In this document: positions 60,716-64,000 of the stretch, one piece after another
Numbering within the stretch: position 1 is the stretch's first letter
Layout: the number at the start of each line of letters is the position of its first letter
NCBI GenBank assembly: GCA_038087875.1
Contig: CM075990.1
Span: 5,396,001-5,460,000, forward strand
DNA length: 64,000 nt
Direction: 5' to 3'
DNA from: Malacoraja senta
Lineage: Eukaryota
Program-made: the position numbers and the translations under genes
Notes under the pieces: generated by a model
What the model was told of the DNA's origin: nothing
What the model saw: the letters and a program-made list of their open reading frames with translations, nothing else
Databases searched by the model: none

Positions 60716-61353
60716 TGTGGCGGCTCCCAAGGGTCGGGCCATTTCCACTATCGAACCCCTCGGCACGGGAATGGATGAGTCCGGGGGCGGCCCTTAGCTA
60801 CAGGGATAGAGGGAGGTTGCACCTAAACCCCTGCCCTTTATCCCAAGGATCCTATAGCGAGCAAGATAGATCACTCAACGAAAAAGACGTAGTACGGTCA
60901 TGGGCAGATTCATGGGTAATTTTCGGCCCCATTTCCGTAACCGGCTTCCGTCTCCGCACCAAAGATCCCATAGAGGAGCTAGTGCGGAGACAGAATCCGG
61001 TTACGGAAACATCCTCGTAAAAATAAAAGTTATTTGGTAAAAATCTTCTCATTTTCAGAATTATAATTTATTAACACAAACTGTTCCCCCGCAACGTTGA
61101 TTACACTGCGAGTCGGGTCGGGTCGGGTTACGGAAATGGATGAAATAAAGGCCCACGTTCCGTTCCGTTACGTACTAAACGTCAGCCCATTGCATTTAGC
61201 AGGAGTGGTCTATCTTGCTCCGCTATAGGATCTTTGCTTTATCCCTGTTGCAGACTCTTGCAGACTCGTCTGGTCAGGAGAAAGACAGCGAATAAAATAC
61301 CCCCCGAAGTACCTGGCTCCTCACCTTCATTTCGGGATTATCGTCGCGCTACA
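60716..61353 (+). mobile_element. Solo LTR (Gypsy-like, ~237 bp net) interrupted by a MITE
   Basis: TGTGGCG...CGCTACA termini, AATAAA at ~61291, 4-bp TSD AAGT (60712-15, 61354-57). Confidence 0.75.
60844..61236. mobile_element. MITE with CA(A/G)-type ends and 8-bp TSD (P-element-like)
   Basis: ~33 bp TIRs CAAGGATCCTATAGCG-AGCAAGATAGATCACTC / GAGTGGTCTATCTTGCTCCGCTATAGGATCTTTG; TSD CTTTATCC (60836-43, 61237-44). Confidence 0.75.
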
Positions 61354-61693
61354 AAGTCAAGCAATATTAATCCAATTCTTGACTTTACTCCAAGTTTAGG
61401 TGCACATACTGGAGTTTATTGTTCTCTCCACGTGACATCCTGGCCCTCTTAAATAACTTATTGTCGGAATACCACATTCTTTACTTTCCAATTAAGATTT
61501 ATGATATATAAGTACAGCTGAAAGTGTTTCAAATTAATTTGTCACACAACACACTTCAAAGGAGAGAAGGAGAGAGAACAAAAGATTCCATAACCGTGGC
61601 AGGGATTCAGCCTCAAAATACTGGACTGTCAACTCGCCCCTCCCCTGTTCTTCCACAAAGCAATGGCGTCCAGATGAAATACATTCATACTGG

Positions 61694-61919
61694 AGATAGA
61701 CACAAAGAGCTGGAGTAACTCAGCGGGTCAGGCAGCATCACTGGAAAAAATGAATGGGTGACGTTTCAGGTCGAGACCTTCTTCAGACTCGAAGAAGGGT
61801 CACGACCCGAAACGCCACCTATTCCTCTTCTCCAGAGATGCTGCCTGACCCGCTGAGTTACTCCAGCTTTTTGTGTCTATCTTCGGTTTAAACCAGAATC
61901 TGCAGTTCCTTCCTGTACA
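61694..61919. mobile_element. Foldback (inverted pair) Penelope pLTR derivative; representative copy
   Basis: Two ~95 bp arms in inverted orientation meeting at ~61788, at the start of the hammerhead core. Similar copies at ~1584-1910, 13550-13728, 15444-15670, 18412-18622, 18802-19000, 30526-30740 and 30868-31070. Confidence 0.8.
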
Positions 61920-62307
61920 TTTATTCTGGTTTGGCTTCAGCATCAGAATCAATGAAATTTGAGGAAAGTTGAGGAAACATTTTACATTGCATGAAATGAA
62001 GACAATATTTTGACAGTATGATTTCCTTGATGTGATTGCAGTTTAGCTTCTGAAGTGGGAGCCTAATATATACCGACTGATGATAATGCACATGTAAAGC
62101 TGTTGACTGAGACAGAGCCATTTCCATTTACACAGGATGGATGAAAATTACCGGACAGTAAAATGTTGTCAAACAAGGTTCTAAGTAAAACGTGTTTCCA
62201 TCACATCAGAGGATTGTCATGGTTACATCGGTTGTGACGTTGAATGTAATTTGGGAGGGTTAATTGCTGTCAACAGTTTTCCTAACGGTCTCTGTTTCTC
62301 TTTACAG

Positions 62308-62355
62308 CTATGGTCTTGCCCGGGCTAATGACCATGTATGTCCCTTGAGCAACTG
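62308..62355 (+). CDS. TMEM150A-like gene 2, second coding exon
   Basis: Branch-like CTAAC (62282), pyrimidine tract and cag acceptor. 48 nt, phase-compatible with exon 1, encoding (V)YGLARANDHVCPLSN(W), then GTGAGT. Resembles TMEM150A YAMAVMNHHVCPVENW. Confidence 0.9.
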
Positions 62356-63143
62356 GTGAGTTGACTTTTATAAAGTTATTAATGTGGACCAAGTAAATGT
62401 AACTTGAAATGTTGGTACTGCCCTCTCCAGCTATAGCCACCCCAATCAAACAAGAACTTCCTGAAGCCAGTGCATAAAACCTCATTTGGACTGTTAAGAG
62501 GTTTTCTCTTAGTAGAACGTTGGCTTTAGATAATAGCATATTACTGAACCATTTTCAGTAGTTGCCATGCAATGGTTTCAGTTCAGTTTAGTTTATCGTC
62601 ATGTGTACCGAGGTACAGTGACAAGCTTCTGTTGCGCGCTAAGCAGTCAGCGGAAAGACAATACATGATTACAATCGAGCCGTCCACAGTGTATAGATGC
62701 ATGATAAGGGAAGGGCATACTGTTCACTGCTTACAAGCAGCAATATACCAAGTGGAGAGATGGAGAGGAAAGAGATAGCCCAGTCTGGAGTACTTCATTC
62801 ATTTTTGCACATCACTCCTTATGAAGAATTTAATTGCAGCACAAAATGAATTTAAATCGAATGGACACATAGCAGAAAGTAAGTTTATATTCAGTTCAGT
62901 TTAGTTTATTGTCACATGTACCGAGGTACAGTGAAAAGCTGTTGTTGCATGCTATCCAGTCAGCAGAAAGACAATACAGGATTACAATCATTTACCATTT
63001 ACAGGGTATAGTTACCTGATAAGGGAATAACGTTTAGTGCAAGGTAAAGGTATTGTGTTGGGTATAGAAGATTTGATTACATTTATAACAGATTTAATAG
63101 AGTATGTAGTAGCCATTTCGCTTGACTCAATATGTTATAACTA

Positions 63144-63515
63144 TGTTTAAGAAGGAACTGCAGATGCTGGAAAATCGAAGGTAGACAAAAATGCTGAAGA
63201 AACTCAGCGGGTGAGGGAGCATCTATGGAGCGAAGGAAATAGGCAACGTTTCGGGTAGAAACCCTTCTTCAGACTGATGTGAGGGTGGGTGGGGGGGGAG
63301 TTAGAAAGGAAGAGGTGGAGCCAGAGGGCTGAGAAGGGGAGGAGAAAGTAAGGACTACCTGAAATTAGAGACGTCAATGTTCATACCACTGGGGTGTAAA
63401 CTGCCCAAGCGAAATATGAGGTGCTGCTCCTCCAATTTACGGTGATCCTCACTCTGGCAATGGAGGAGGCCCAGGACAGAAAGGTCGGATTCGGAATGGG
63501 AGGGGGAGTTGAAGA
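63144..63515 (-). mobile_element. Penelope-like element 3' fragment, second subfamily
   Basis: Reverse strand LGLLHCQSEDHRKLEEQHLIFRLGSLHPSGMNID, plus a pLTR with CTGAAGAAGGGTTTCTACCCGAAACGTT. Confidence 0.8.
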
Positions 63516-64000
63516 ACTATAACCAGTTATCTTTAAATTTTATCTGCCTGTAATTATGTGGGTGGGATTTATACGTAGTCTGGGGCGCGTTTGCAGCTGG
63601 GATTCTGGCGCAGACTTCCAAGGAGTTTAGTTTAATTTTATGAAGATCGTGGGAGAGACATAGTTTTCGACCATGCACGAGCATGACCACGAGTATGATT
63701 TACTTATACAAGAAGAAACTTTTATGATTTATCTTACTGCTTGTACTATACAATAAAGAAACTATTAATCAAGAAACTGTTTTTGGAAGATTCATCTTTC
63801 GACGGCATCGATGCAGGGCTCGTGGGTGCGTATAGATTACCTTCTGATCCACGGTCATCAATTAAAGTGACTATCGAGGTCTAAATCCTTGAGACGTTGT
63901 AAAAAACTGTCACCACAGAGTAGATACAGATTCTGTTGGGAAATTCAGGACAATTGAACATGAAAATTCAGAAGTGGGATCAGAAGATATTATTATGCAC

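Noticed and set aside
63549..63916. Possible solo LTR (CpG-containing segment with AATAAA)
   Set aside because: No TG...CA pair with a matching TSD found; it may extend beyond the window.

Overview
Repeat-rich eukaryotic genomic DNA, very likely from a cartilaginous fish (skate or ray). This is inferred from HE1-like V-SINEs, CR1/Rex1/L2 LINEs, Penelope-like fragments and Deu-domain SINE relics. Host genes (+ strand): the last two coding exons of a TMEM150A gene (593-770, 1946-2190), joined by a U12-type intron, then the first two coding exons of a second, diverged TMEM150A-like gene (19472-19536, 62308-62355) separated by a ~42.8 kb intron. Almost all ORFs in the supplied track are transposon remnants or noise. 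Most notable: (1) a near-canonical HDV-like self-cleaving ribozyme forming the exact 5' end of a ~143 bp insert in a SINE tail (43299-43441, minus strand); (2) many minimal hammerhead ribozyme cores in Penelope-like pLTR fragments, often arranged as foldback pairs; (3) a ~4.9 kb DIRS1-type element with decayed ORFs but nearly intact ITR/ICR; (4) nested insertions with readable target-site duplications (TSDs); (5) a 113-bp inverted duplication around a TA microsatellite. All family assignments come from manual motif recognition, not database searches.
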